Positions 1-9,891 of a DNA stretch of 64,000 bases are shown here, in pieces. The notes below the pieces were generated by a model that made no database searches, was not told the origin of the DNA, and was given only the letters and a program-made list of their open reading frames with translations. The DNA comes from Flavobacteriales bacterium (lineage in GTDB: Bacteria > Bacteroidota > Bacteroidia > Flavobacteriales_F > PHOS-HE28). The translations under genes and the position numbers were made by a program. Position 1 is the stretch's first letter; every line of letters begins with the position of its first letter. Location: NCBI GenBank assembly GCA_035325445.1, contig DAOKZW010000011.1:39815-103814 (forward strand), written 5' to 3'.

Positions 1-1
1 G

Positions 2-151
2 GTAAAGCTCACCGAGAAAGGTGGCGCCACCGTGGACGATAAGAAGGGCCTGCTCACTTGGAACCTGGCCGTAGCGCCCAAGGAGACGAAGAAGCTTGGC
101 TTCACCTACACGGTGAAGCACCCGAAGGACATGCCGATGGTGCTGGAATAA
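2..151 (+). CDS. 3' end of a CDS cut by the window edge (about 49 aa; DUF4139/MuiA-like tail)
   Basis: The frame is open from the window edge to TAA at 149-151: KLTEKGGATVDDKKGLLTWNLAVAPKETKKLGFTYTVKHPKDMPMVLE*. The family call rests only on my memory of the C-terminal pattern. Confidence 0.4.
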   Translation, partial: VKLTEKGGATVDDKKGLLTWNLAVAPKETKKLGFTYTVKHPKDMPMVLE

Positions 152-308
152 GGCTCCGGGCCGGCCCCAGGTGACCGCACCTCTTGCGGCCATCATCGGC
201 CGGCCCGGGGGCTTCCGCCGCTTCATCGCGCCACGGCAAAATCACGGTTTTAGGGTATTTTCACCGAAGGGCCCGTTGCGAATTTTGGGGCATCCCAACC
301 GTTCATGC

Positions 309-947
309 ATGGCGACGATACTGATAGTGGACGACCAATCGATCATTCTTGATGGCATGGAGGCCATCCTTTCGGGCATGTCCGATGTAGAGGTGGTGGG
401 GCGCTGCGCGAACGGGTCGGAGGCGGTGGAATTGGCCCGTGAGCTGAAGCCGGACCTGGTGTTGATGGACGTGAACATGCCCGACATGGACGGCATAGAG
501 GCCACCCGCCACGTGTTGAAGGCAAGCCCGGACAGCCATGTGCTAATGCTGAGCATGTACGGGCACCGGGAGTTCGTGCTGGAAGTAATGGCTGCCGGCG
601 CCTCGGGCTACCTGCTGAAAAACGCGGGCAAGGAGGAATTGCGCATGGCGATGGACCAGGTCTTGAAAGGAGGGCAATACTTGAGCCCGCAGCTTCGCCA
701 ATTGTTGGAACAGGGCGACCAATACCGCGACCGCGGGGGCGAGCTGAACTACACCCCTTTGAGCAAGCGGGAAATGGAGGTGGTAAAGCTCATCGTGCAG
801 GAACTCACCAACCAGGAGATCGCCGACCGCTTGTTCATCAGCGTGGACACGGTTGTGACACACCGTCGCAACATCATGCACAAATTAGACGTCCGCAATA
901 CCGCCGGCCTGGTGAAGTACGCGGTGGAACGCGGTTGGGAGAAGTAA
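309..947 (+). CDS. Response regulator, NarL/FixJ family (REC + LuxR-type HTH)
   Basis: REC motifs (ILIVDDQ, DLVLMDVNMPDMDG) plus a LuxR HTH (LSKREMEVVKLIVQELTNQEIADRLFISVDTVVTHRRNIMHKL). I trimmed the start from the ORF-track GTG at 171 to ATG at 309 (MATILIVDD). Confidence 0.9.
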   Translation: MATILIVDDQSIILDGMEAILSGMSDVEVVGRCANGSEAVELARELKPDLVLMDVNMPDMDGIEATRHVLKASPDSHVLMLSMYGHREFVLEVMAAGASGYLLKNAGKEELRMAMDQVLKGGQYLSPQLRQLLEQGDQYRDRGGELNYTPLSKREMEVVKLIVQELTNQEIADRLFISVDTVVTHRRNIMHKLDVRNTAGLVKYAVERGWEK

Positions 948-975
948 TAACCCTCATCCATAAGCACGGATACCC

Positions 976-1368
976 ATGGCCCGGTCATTCAGCATCACCA
1001 AATTCATCCCCAAGGATCATCGGGGCATTGACCAATACTTCATCGCGGTGACGCATGCCGCCGACCTGGTCCATACGGGCAAATGCGGCGACACCCTTGA
1101 TTACGTCTCCACGCAAGGCTTGAAGCTGGGCTTCAGCGAGCAATCCGCCCCTCCTGATGCTCCCGACCAGGTCTCCATCTTCGCCTTGGGCATTACGGGT
1201 GAGACCTTTGAGGGGAAGGGCTCCTTCGCGCTCACCGTCGTGTTCCAGGTGCCCAACGAGCCCGACCATCCCGAGGCGGTGGAGATCTTGCGGCTCGGAG
1301 CAACGGGCAGCGGGCCGGACGAGAAGGCGTTGATCGCCCGGTTCATCGGTTCCTCGTCCTTGACCTGA
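976..1368 (+). CDS. Hypothetical protein (130 aa) between the response regulator and the histidine kinase
   Basis: Intact ORF with GC-rich third codon positions like its neighbours. Short gaps separate it from both flanking two-component genes. I recognise no motif. Confidence 0.55.
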   Translation: MARSFSITKFIPKDHRGIDQYFIAVTHAADLVHTGKCGDTLDYVSTQGLKLGFSEQSAPPDAPDQVSIFALGITGETFEGKGSFALTVVFQVPNEPDHPEAVEILRLGATGSGPDEKALIARFIGSSSLT

Positions 1369-1397
1369 CAACAACACGGCCTAAAGCGGCCAAGGGA

Positions 1398-3431
1398 ATG
1401 CCCCAACATCACCGGTGGATAGCCTTCTTGCCATTGCTGGCCTGTTGCATGCCGCATGCTGCCCCGCGGGCGCAAACGCCACAGGAATTGGATGCTTATG
1501 TGCAGGCCTCCATGCGCTGGCAGACGGATACCATGCGGGCGATGGAAGCCCGCTTCAGCCGGTCCGATGCGGTTTCCGGGCGGGCGTTGGGCCTGTTGAT
1601 CTCGGCCCAGATCGATCACCGGGAGAGCCGTGATGCGGCCTGCATGCAAAAGCTGGACAGCCTGCTGCGTCTGCCTTTCAAGGAGCCATCCGAGATCCGC
1701 GCACGTGCCCACCGGCTGAAGTGCGTGGTCAACACCGAGCTGCAGTTCATCCAAGAAGCCGTGAAGGAGGCTGAAATGGCGTTGGCGCTGGTGGATAGCA
1801 TGGCCGCGCCTGCCCTTTATGCGGAAGTGCTGTTGTCCAAGGCGGAAGCCTTCGCCGAGATCCCCGACTACAACCAGGCCCATGCCCTTTCCACCCAGGC
1901 CTACCGGATCGCCCGGCGTGGCGGGAGCGATCGCTGGATGGGGGCCTCGCTGATGTGCCTGGGCAACATCCAGTTCCGCCAAAGGAGCTTCGCCAAGGCC
2001 ATCGCGAGCTATCGGCAGGCCCTGGAGCTGGTGCAGGACCCGAACAGCCAGATCGCCGTGCACACCATCACCAACCTGGCCTCGGCATCCGTGATGGACG
2101 GCCAGTTCGGGCTGGCGGAGCACATTCTGGACAGTATGATGGCGGCATTGGGGCCACGCGACCCCGCTGCCCGGTTCCTTTGCCTGTCCACCAGCGGCTA
2201 CATCCGAAGCCGGCAGAAACACTACGACGAGGCGGTGGTGCGGCTCCGGGCGGCGCTGGCCCTGGCCGACTCGGTAGGGCTAACCGACAAGAGGCCCAAA
2301 ACGGTGCAGCTGTTGGCGACCACGCTGTGGAGCATGGGTAAACGCGACGAGGCCCTGGCCTTGGCCCAAGAGGCCTTGGTGCATGCCCGGCAAGACAAGG
2401 ACGTGCTGCTGCAGACCGACCTGCACCGGCGGCTGGGGGCTTGGATGCATACGTTGGGCGACAACCGGGCCGCCTATGAGCATGCACTGGCCTACAACAC
2501 CCTGTCCGACTCGCTGACCAAGGCCCGCTTCAACCAACAACTGGTTCATGCGGACATCCTTTTCGACACGGAACGCAGGGAGCACCAGATCTCGCAGCAG
2601 CAACAAGCGCTGGAGCTGGCCGCTGCCGTGGACCGTCGGAAGAACCTGCAACGGCTGGCGCTGGTGCTGGCGGTGGTGGCCGTCGCCATCATTGCCCTGC
2701 TGCTTTGGCGCTCGCTCCGGCGCAGGCACAAGCTGGCCGAACAGGAGCGGCAGCTCCATATCCAGGAAGTGGACGACCTGATGCACCGCAATGAGATCAG
2801 CACCATGCAGGCCATGCTGGACGGGCAGGAGAAGGAGCGCGAACGCACCGCACGGGATCTCCACGACCGGCTGGGCGCCATGCTCAGCACCATCAAGATG
2901 CAGGTGGGCGCCTTGGAAGACAAGGTGGAACTGGCGCACCAGGGCCAACGGGCGCAGTACGACAAGGTGACGCACCTGCTGGACGAGGCCGTGGGCGAGG
3001 TACGGCGCATCGCGCACGACATGGCCACGGTGACCCTGTCGCGCTTCGGCCTGGCCAAGGCCCTGGAGGACTTGTGCGACAATGTGCGCATCCATGGCAA
3101 GCTCGCGGTGGAACTGACCCTGTACGGCCTGGAAAACCGGATGGACCCTTCCCGTGAGATCATGACCTACCGGATCATCCAGGAATTGATGAGCAATGCG
3201 ATGAAGCACGCCCACGCCAAGGAGATCAGCGTAAGCGTGACCCGCGAGGCCGGGCGTTTCAGCGCCATGGTGAGCGATGATGGCCAAGGCTTCGACCCGA
3301 CCTCGGCCGCCGGCGGCATCGGCCTGGAGAACGTCCGCCACCGCGCCGCCTCCATGGGCGCCACCGTGCGGGTGGACAGCACGCCGGGCCACGGCACCAC
3401 CGTGAGCATCGAGGGGCCCGTGCTGGAATAG
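1398..3431 (+). CDS. TPR-containing sensor histidine kinase (HisKA_3 + HATPase_c, NarL-partner type)
   Basis: N-terminal signal-like segment, TPR-like helical repeats and a TM segment (LALVLAVVAVAIIALLLW). His box ERERTARDLHDRLGAMLSTIKMQ. ATPase motifs (QELMSNAMKHA, DDGQGF, GIGLENVRHRA). Confidence 0.88.
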   Translation: MPQHHRWIAFLPLLACCMPHAAPRAQTPQELDAYVQASMRWQTDTMRAMEARFSRSDAVSGRALGLLISAQIDHRESRDAACMQKLDSLLRLPFKEPSEIRARAHRLKCVVNTELQFIQEAVKEAEMALALVDSMAAPALYAEVLLSKAEAFAEIPDYNQAHALSTQAYRIARRGGSDRWMGASLMCLGNIQFRQRSFAKAIASYRQALELVQDPNSQIAVHTITNLASASVMDGQFGLAEHILDSMMAALGPRDPAARFLCLSTSGYIRSRQKHYDEAVVRLRAALALADSVGLTDKRPKTVQLLATTLWSMGKRDEALALAQEALVHARQDKDVLLQTDLHRRLGAWMHTLGDNRAAYEHALAYNTLSDSLTKARFNQQLVHADILFDTERREHQISQQQQALELAAAVDRRKNLQRLALVLAVVAVAIIALLLWRSLRRRHKLAEQERQLHIQEVDDLMHRNEISTMQAMLDGQEKERERTARDLHDRLGAMLSTIKMQVGALEDKVELAHQGQRAQYDKVTHLLDEAVGEVRRIAHDMATVTLSRFGLAKALEDLCDNVRIHGKLAVELTLYGLENRMDPSREIMTYRIIQELMSNAMKHAHAKEISVSVTREAGRFSAMVSDDGQGFDPTSAAGGIGLENVRHRAASMGATVRVDSTPGHGTTVSIEGPVLE

Positions 3432-3493
3432 CCTGCGGGCACTTGCCGCCACCCACCCGTGCCACCTAGTTTCGCGTCCCATCCCTGCGGGAC

Positions 3494-5581
3494 ATGATCA
3501 ACCTGCCTTCCCCTGCCCTCGGGCTTCTTCTTTTCTTCGCGCCGTTGGTGCTCGATGCCCAGATCTTCACCGGCACGGGCGCACCCATCCCGGCCAATGG
3601 AACACCCTTGGAATTGCCCTTGGAGGTGACCGGCCTGCCCGCGCCCTTGAGCACGGCCGGCTTCGGCCTGGAACAGGTCTGCATCACCATCAACCACAGC
3701 TGGCTCGCCGATGTGGAGGCCAGCATCGTGGCCCCCGACGGGACGGCCCGCATCCTCACCACGGGCCAAGGCTGGGACACGCACGACTACGACAACACCT
3801 GCTTCCGTTCCGATGCAGCCATCCGCATCGAGCAGGCCTATCCGCCCTACAACGGCACCTTCCGCCCCACGGAAGAGATCGGCTGGATCAACAACGGCCA
3901 AGACGGCAACGGCACGTGGAAGCTTCGCGTGGTGGATACCTACCCTTGGAGCGACAACGGCTCCGTGATCGGCTGGTCCATCACCTTCGGCAACGCGCCG
4001 GCCGCGCCCTACGTGCTGGCCTCGTCCGACCTGCCCATCGTGGTGATCAACACCGGTGGCCAAACGATCCCCGCCAACGGGAAGATCACGGCGGATATGC
4101 AGATAGTATACAATGGCCCCGGCCAGCCGAACTTCCCGGCAGGCCCGTTCAACGAATACAACGGCTTGATCGGGATCGAGCTGCACGGCAACTCCTCGAT
4201 CAGCCTCTCGCCGAAGAAGTCGTACACCGTGGAGCTGCGCGATGCCTTCGGGCAGGACCTGAACGCCCCCTTGCTGGGCATGCCGGCCGAAAGCGACTGG
4301 GTGCTGGTGGCCAACTACTTCGACAAATCGTTGATGAACAACACGCTCACCTACCACCTGGCGCGGGCCATGGGGAGCTATGCGCCGCGGCACCGCAACG
4401 TGGAAGTGCTGGTGAACGGACAGTACATGGGCGTGTACATGCTCGTTGAAAAGATCAAGCGGGGCGGTGGCCGCCTGGACATCGCGAAGCTGCAACCCGA
4501 TGAAACAATGGGCGACGGCCTGACGGGCGGATACATCTTGGCGGTGGAGCGGGACGAAGGCCCGAACAACGGGTTTGTCTCACCCTTCCTCCCGGCCTAC
4601 AGCGGGGGTGGGCAATACATCTACCTGAACTACAAATACCCCAAGCCCTCCAAGATCGTTCCGGAACAGAAAGCGTACATCCAAGCTTACGTGGACAGCT
4701 TCGAGACCGCGTTGGCCGGTCCCGATTTCCTGGATCCCGTTACCGGCTACCGGGCGTACGCGGACCCGGCCTCCTTCGTGGACATGTTCCTGCTGAATGA
4801 ACTGAGCCGCAGCGTGGATGCCTACCGGCTGAGCAGCTACCTGTACAAGGACAAGGACAGCCGCGGCGGGAAGCTGCATGCCGGGCCGGCATGGGATTAT
4901 GACCTGGCCTGGGGCAATGCGGACTATTGCGACGGCTGGTCCACGCAAGGATGGGCCTACCAATTGGGCGACTACTGCTCCGGCGAGTTTTTCCAGATCC
5001 CGTTCTGGTGGTCGCGGCTCCTGGAAGACCCGGATTATGCCAGCGCCGTGCGGTGCCGTTGGAATGAGTTGCGCGACAACATCCTTTCGCCGGCCTACGT
5101 GTCGGCCTACTGCGATTCCGTGGCGGCCCAACTGGACGCGGCCCAGCAGCGCAACTTCGCCATGTGGCCCATCCTCGGCCACTATGTATGGCCCAACCCG
5201 TCGCCCATACCCACCACGTATGCCGGGGAGGTGCAGGAATTGAAGGATTTCATGAACGGCCGCTGGGCCTGGCTTGATGCTCATTTGCCCCAAGCCCCGG
5301 CCTGCGACCCCGAGGTCCGGGTTGACGAGCTGCCACGGGCGGCCGGCAGCCCCTATCCCAACCCATTCGTGGATGAGATCATTTGGCAAAGCCCTTCAGG
5401 CCTGGCAGCGACCGCGAAACTGATGGACCCGCTGGGGCGTTTGGTGCGGCAGTCCGAGGCGGTCGGCGGCAACAACACCATGCAGCGGTTCCCGGTACCC
5501 GCCGGCCTGCCGCAGGGCATCTATCTGTTCCTCATCTCATCGGCGAACGGTACCAGCACCACCTTCCGGCTGGCCCATTGA
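3494..5581 (+). CDS. Secreted P-domain + CotH-family protein with T9SS C-terminal sorting domain
   Basis: Signal peptide. Proprotein-convertase P-domain-like block (ITINHSWLADVEASIVAPDGT...GNGTWKLRVVD...GWSITF). CotH core (SDWVLVANYFDKSLMNNTLTYHLARAMG...VEVLVNGQYMGVYMLVEKIKR). T9SS tail (PYPNPFVDEI...GIYLFLISSANGTSTTFRLAH). Confidence 0.8.
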   Translation: MINLPSPALGLLLFFAPLVLDAQIFTGTGAPIPANGTPLELPLEVTGLPAPLSTAGFGLEQVCITINHSWLADVEASIVAPDGTARILTTGQGWDTHDYDNTCFRSDAAIRIEQAYPPYNGTFRPTEEIGWINNGQDGNGTWKLRVVDTYPWSDNGSVIGWSITFGNAPAAPYVLASSDLPIVVINTGGQTIPANGKITADMQIVYNGPGQPNFPAGPFNEYNGLIGIELHGNSSISLSPKKSYTVELRDAFGQDLNAPLLGMPAESDWVLVANYFDKSLMNNTLTYHLARAMGSYAPRHRNVEVLVNGQYMGVYMLVEKIKRGGGRLDIAKLQPDETMGDGLTGGYILAVERDEGPNNGFVSPFLPAYSGGGQYIYLNYKYPKPSKIVPEQKAYIQAYVDSFETALAGPDFLDPVTGYRAYADPASFVDMFLLNELSRSVDAYRLSSYLYKDKDSRGGKLHAGPAWDYDLAWGNADYCDGWSTQGWAYQLGDYCSGEFFQIPFWWSRLLEDPDYASAVRCRWNELRDNILSPAYVSAYCDSVAAQLDAAQQRNFAMWPILGHYVWPNPSPIPTTYAGEVQELKDFMNGRWAWLDAHLPQAPACDPEVRVDELPRAAGSPYPNPFVDEIIWQSPSGLAATAKLMDPLGRLVRQSEAVGGNNTMQRFPVPAGLPQGIYLFLISSANGTSTTFRLAH

Positions 5582-5588
5582 GGCCCTG

Positions 5589-6674
5589 CTACGCGGCCTG
5601 GCCCACGCGGCGCAGATGCACCAGGTGTGAGCGGAGCGCGCTGCGCAACGTCGGGAATTCCGAGTAGCGCACGTTGAACTCGGCACATACCTGCTTCAGC
5701 CGCTTATTGATCTCCGGGTAGTGCACGTGGCTCACCAACGGGAACAAGTGGTGCTCCACCTGGAAGTTCAATCCGCCGAACAGCCAGTTCCACACCTTGT
5801 TCCCGGTGGCGAAGTTCACCGTGGTGTTCACCTGGTGGATGGCCCATTCATTGCCGATCTCCCCTCCATCGGTCGCCGGGTCCACAAACTCCGCCCCTTC
5901 CACCACGTGTGCCAGCTGGAACACCACGGCAATGAACAGGCCTGTCACGAACACCATCACGCCGTATCCGAGCAGCACGGGCAGCACGCCCACCTTGTAC
6001 ATGGGCAGGAGCAGGAATATGGCCACATAGCCCAGCTTGGTGGCCCAGAATACCAGGTGCTCCTTTGCCTTCAGCGGCTTCATGCGCGTTTCATGGCTCA
6101 CTTTGCCGGTGAAGTACTTGCGCATATCGTTGTAGAAGATCCAGAACAGATAGGTTGTTCCGTATAACGGCAGGGCGTAGATGTGCTGGAACCGGTGGTA
6201 CCACCGGCGTTGCTGGCCCGCGTGCACGCGCACCCACGGTTCGATGTCGATGTCATCGTCCATGCCTTCCACATTGGTGAAGGTGTGGTGGTTCTGGTTA
6301 TGCTTGAGCTTCCAGAAATAGACGCTGCCTCCCATCAGGTTCAGCGAGTGCCCCATGATCTCATTCACCCATTTGCGGCTGCTGTAGCTTCCATGGGCCC
6401 CGTCGTGCATCACGTTGAAGCCGACGCTGGCGAGCACCAGGCCCAGGAGGGCGCAAAGGGCGAGTGCGAGCCACGCTTGGGGCGGGGTGAAGAAGACGAG
6501 CACGACGTACAGCCCCACCATGGCGGTGAGCAGGATGGCCGTTTTCCAGTACAGGCGTCGGTCGCCGGTCTTCTTCAGGTTGTTCTCCTTGAAATAGGCC
6601 TCGGTGGCTTGGCGCAAACGGGCGAAGAACACGGGCGGGGTCTTCGCGAAAGTGGTGGACGACATGGGGTGCAA
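5589..6674 (-). CDS. Membrane fatty-acid desaturase family protein
   Basis: Three histidine boxes (HDGAHGS, HNQNHHTFTN, QVEHHLFP) and several hydrophobic segments. Confidence 0.85.
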   Translation of the reverse strand: MHPMSSTTFAKTPPVFFARLRQATEAYFKENNLKKTGDRRLYWKTAILLTAMVGLYVVLVFFTPPQAWLALALCALLGLVLASVGFNVMHDGAHGSYSSRKWVNEIMGHSLNLMGGSVYFWKLKHNQNHHTFTNVEGMDDDIDIEPWVRVHAGQQRRWYHRFQHIYALPLYGTTYLFWIFYNDMRKYFTGKVSHETRMKPLKAKEHLVFWATKLGYVAIFLLLPMYKVGVLPVLLGYGVMVFVTGLFIAVVFQLAHVVEGAEFVDPATDGGEIGNEWAIHQVNTTVNFATGNKVWNWLFGGLNFQVEHHLFPLVSHVHYPEINKRLKQVCAEFNVRYSEFPTLRSALRSHLVHLRRVGQAA

Positions 6675-6878
6675 AGGTACCGGTCGGCGGCATAAAACGG
6701 CCTTGGCGCCCCTCCCCTTGGCCGTCCGTTCCCGGAAGTGCCCCGGAAAAATATCGCGCTGCCGGTTGGAAATGACCTGCGGGCCTGTACATTCGCGCCG
6801 CTTAAACCGTTCGGACTTTGGCGAGAACGATCGGCGGCGGCAAAATTTAAAACCACACTCACTCAGTCAGTCGAACTC

Positions 6879-7244
6879 ATGAACATTTACGTCGCCAACA
6901 TTGCGTACTCCGCAAAAGACCAGGATCTCCGCGAGCTTTTTGAAGCCTACGGCGAAGTGACCTCGGCCAAGATCATCATGGACAAGGCCACCAACCGCAG
7001 CCGTGGATTCGGCTTCGTGGAGATGTCCGACGATAACAGCGGGCGCGCTGCGATCGAAGCCACCAACGGCCATCCGTTCCACGGCCGCGACCTGGTGGTG
7101 AACGAGGCCCGTCCCCGTCCGGAAGGCGGCAACGGCGGCTTCCGCAGCGGCAACGGCGGCGGCGGCTATCGCGGCGGCAACGACCGCGGCGGGTATCGCC
7201 GGGGGGACCGCGGCGACCGCGGCTACCGCCACGACGAGTATTGA
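6879..7244 (+). CDS. RRM-type RNA-binding protein with Gly/Arg-rich tail
   Basis: RNP motifs: MNIYVANIAY (RNP2) and RGFGFVEM (RNP1). C-terminal GGNGGFRSGNGGGGYRGGNDRGGYRRGDRGDRGY. Start trimmed to ATG at 6879. Confidence 0.9.
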   Translation: MNIYVANIAYSAKDQDLRELFEAYGEVTSAKIIMDKATNRSRGFGFVEMSDDNSGRAAIEATNGHPFHGRDLVVNEARPRPEGGNGGFRSGNGGGGYRGGNDRGGYRRGDRGDRGYRHDEY

Positions 7245-7268
7245 ACCACGATACTGCACAACCCAAAA

Positions 7269-7295
7269 GCCCTCCGGTATCCGGGGGGCTTTTTC
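7269..7295 (+). terminator. Rho-independent terminator after the RRM gene
   Basis: GCCCTCCGG-tat-CCGGGGGGC stem of 9 bp (one G-U pair), followed by TTTTT. Confidence 0.65.
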
Positions 7296-7377
7296 GTTGG
7301 TGGCTTTTCCCGCGCCGGTGGATAAAGGTTGCACCCAACCCGCCGCCCGCTGGCATGGCCGCTACATTTGCCCCCCC

Positions 7378-9870
7378 ATGTTCAGGTACTTGTTCCTTGC
7401 CTTGTTGGCCCTTGGCCCCTACATCCCGGCAATCGCCCAACGCGGGCCTGGTGCTTTCCGCCCCACGGGCCAGGCCTATGGCAAGCTGGTCGACGACCAA
7501 CGCAAACCCGTGCCCTTTGCCAGCATCAGCATCATGCGCGGCGACAGCGTGGTAGGGGGCGCCCTGGTGCAGGAAAATGGCTTTTTCGACGTGCCCAACC
7601 TGCCGTTCGGCCTGCTGAAGCTGAAGGTGGCGGCCATGGGCTACGCTCCGCTGGAGAAGGAATTCTCCCTTTCCGCGGCCCAGCCCTCCCTCGACCTGGG
7701 CAACCTTCGGCTGGCCACGGATGCGGTGGTGCTTCAGGCCGCCGAAGTGACCAAGGAACGCACCACCCAAGTGCTGCAGGTGGACCGCCGCGTGTACAAC
7801 GTGGAGAAGGACATCAGTGTGGTGGGCGGTGACGCCACGGACGTGATGAAGAACATACCCGGCTTGAGCGTGGATGCGGACGGCAACGTGGAAATGCGGG
7901 GCAAAAGCCCTCGGATCTTCGTGGACGGCCGGCCCACCATGATGACCCTGGACCAGATCCCCGCCAGCGATATTGAGCGGGTTGAAGTGATCACCAACCC
8001 AAGCGCGGCATTTGATGCGGATGCCACGGGAGGCATCGTGAACGTGGTGCTGAAAAAGACCACGCGCCCGGGTTTCAGCGGCCAGGTGCAGGCCGGTATC
8101 GGCACCAACGACCGGTACAATGCCAACGGAAGCCTGCTTGTGCGGCAAGGCCGCAGCTCTTTCAGCAGCGGTTTGGGCTTCGGGCTGGGCCGCCCCCCGG
8201 GGTCGGGCTACAGCCACCGCACCGACCTGGCCGACGGGCAGCCGGCGGGCTATTTCGACCAGGAGAGCGACCGGGTGAACGAATTCTTCCGCCGCAATGC
8301 CCGTTTGGGCTGGGACTACAAGCTCAGCGTGCGTAACACCATCAGCTTGATGCAGAGCGTACACGCGGGCAACCGCGACAGCCGCGAAGAGCAGCTCTTC
8401 TTCAACCGCGACGCCGCCCAAACGATCACCGGTCAAGGCCGCCAGCTCAATATTTCCGAGGGGCGCTTCCGCGGGCTCACTTCCCGTGCGGGCTTCCGGC
8501 GCGCCACCACCAAGCCCGGCAGGGAATGGAGCACCGACCTCACCTTCAACCTGGGCGACCGCCGCTCACCGGCGAGCACCGAGCAGTTCAACGAGGGGAA
8601 CAACGCCGTGCCGGTGGCACACAACCTGCAACAAAGGGCCAACCGGGGCCAAGACCACGAATGGACGTGGCAGGCCGACGTGGTGGATGCCTATGCGGAC
8701 AACCGCAAGCTGGAGTGGGGCTTCAAGGCCAACTACGAAAAGCAGCGGACGAGCATGGACGTGACCAACATGAACGACACGTTGCCCGGCCCCACGGCGG
8801 ACCCCTTCCTGAGCAACGGCTACCTGATCCGCACATACGTAAATGCCGCATACGTGAACTGGAGCACGAAGCTCACCGACCACTGGTCCATGCAATCGGG
8901 CCTCCGGGTGGAACAGAACAGCATGGCGGCGGAGCGCACCGACCAAGGCTTATCCTTCAGCTACAACTACCCCGATGGGCTGGACGACCTGGGCCGGATC
9001 TTGTTCCCCTCGGTATACCTGAGCCGCAAGTGGGATGCGGAGGATGGCAAGCTGCAGCGGGAGATGCAGGTGAACGTGTCGCGGAAAGTGAACCGCCCGA
9101 ACCACTGGCAGTTGATGCCATTCATCATGCCGGTTGATGCGCGTGCCTACCGGCAGGGCAACCCCTTGCTGCTGCCCGAGATGAGCACCATCCTGGAGGT
9201 GAACCACCTGCTGCCCTTGGGCGAAAAGGGCAACTGGCTGTCCTCGCTGTACGGCCGGTTCACGCAGGACGTGATCACCAGCTACACGGCCCCGTTGGAG
9301 AACAACGCGGACATCCTGTTGACGAGTTACCTGAACGGCAACAACAACCAGGGCTACGGTTGGGAAAACACCGTGAAGCTGACCCTCTGGAGTGGTTTGG
9401 AGGCCACGTTGAACGCCAACGTGCAATGGGTGGAGATCGGCCTTACGGCCAATGGTCGCTCCTTCACCAACACGGGACTGAACTATGATGGCAAGGCCAA
9501 CCTTTCGCAGAAGCTGCCCAAGGGTTGGACCCTCCAGGTGAACGGCGATTACAGCGGCCCCCGCGTGATCCCGCAGGGGCATACGCTGGAGCAGTATTCC
9601 ATGGACATCACCGTGCGCAAGGAGTTGGGCAAGCAGTTCTTCATCACGGCCAGCGCGGAGAACATTTTCGACTCGCGCGGTTGGGGCTCCTACTACGATA
9701 TGCCCACCTTCCGCCAGGAGAGCTACAGCACCTGGGGTAGCCGTGCCTTCATCCTATCGGCCACCTGGCGGTTCGGCAAGCCGGACACCTCGTTGTTCCG
9801 GCGGCGGCAAGGCCCCGCGGAGCGCACCGTGCCCAGCACGGGCGGTGGCGATGGCGGCGGCATGGATTGA
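7378..9870 (+). CDS. TonB-dependent-receptor-like outer-membrane beta-barrel protein with carboxypeptidase-regulatory-like N-domain
   Basis: Signal peptide (MFRYLFLALLALGPYIPAIAQ). Plug-like block (DATDVMKNIPGLSVDADGNVEMRG...IFVDGRP...IERVEVITNPSAAFDA). Long beta-strand-rich C-terminus ending in an aromatic-rich segment. Start trimmed to ATG at 7378. Confidence 0.8.
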   Translation: MFRYLFLALLALGPYIPAIAQRGPGAFRPTGQAYGKLVDDQRKPVPFASISIMRGDSVVGGALVQENGFFDVPNLPFGLLKLKVAAMGYAPLEKEFSLSAAQPSLDLGNLRLATDAVVLQAAEVTKERTTQVLQVDRRVYNVEKDISVVGGDATDVMKNIPGLSVDADGNVEMRGKSPRIFVDGRPTMMTLDQIPASDIERVEVITNPSAAFDADATGGIVNVVLKKTTRPGFSGQVQAGIGTNDRYNANGSLLVRQGRSSFSSGLGFGLGRPPGSGYSHRTDLADGQPAGYFDQESDRVNEFFRRNARLGWDYKLSVRNTISLMQSVHAGNRDSREEQLFFNRDAAQTITGQGRQLNISEGRFRGLTSRAGFRRATTKPGREWSTDLTFNLGDRRSPASTEQFNEGNNAVPVAHNLQQRANRGQDHEWTWQADVVDAYADNRKLEWGFKANYEKQRTSMDVTNMNDTLPGPTADPFLSNGYLIRTYVNAAYVNWSTKLTDHWSMQSGLRVEQNSMAAERTDQGLSFSYNYPDGLDDLGRILFPSVYLSRKWDAEDGKLQREMQVNVSRKVNRPNHWQLMPFIMPVDARAYRQGNPLLLPEMSTILEVNHLLPLGEKGNWLSSLYGRFTQDVITSYTAPLENNADILLTSYLNGNNNQGYGWENTVKLTLWSGLEATLNANVQWVEIGLTANGRSFTNTGLNYDGKANLSQKLPKGWTLQVNGDYSGPRVIPQGHTLEQYSMDITVRKELGKQFFITASAENIFDSRGWGSYYDMPTFRQESYSTWGSRAFILSATWRFGKPDTSLFRRRQGPAERTVPSTGGGDGGGMD

Positions 9871-9891
9871 TACGGTGGCGGCACCGGTTTC

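Noticed and set aside
1101-4495. Minus-strand ORFs of 373, 400 and 442 aa overlapping the histidine kinase and CotH genes.
   Set aside because: These are antisense to well-supported coding regions. Their composition is dominated by Arg, Gly, Pro and His, and they have no recognisable domains.
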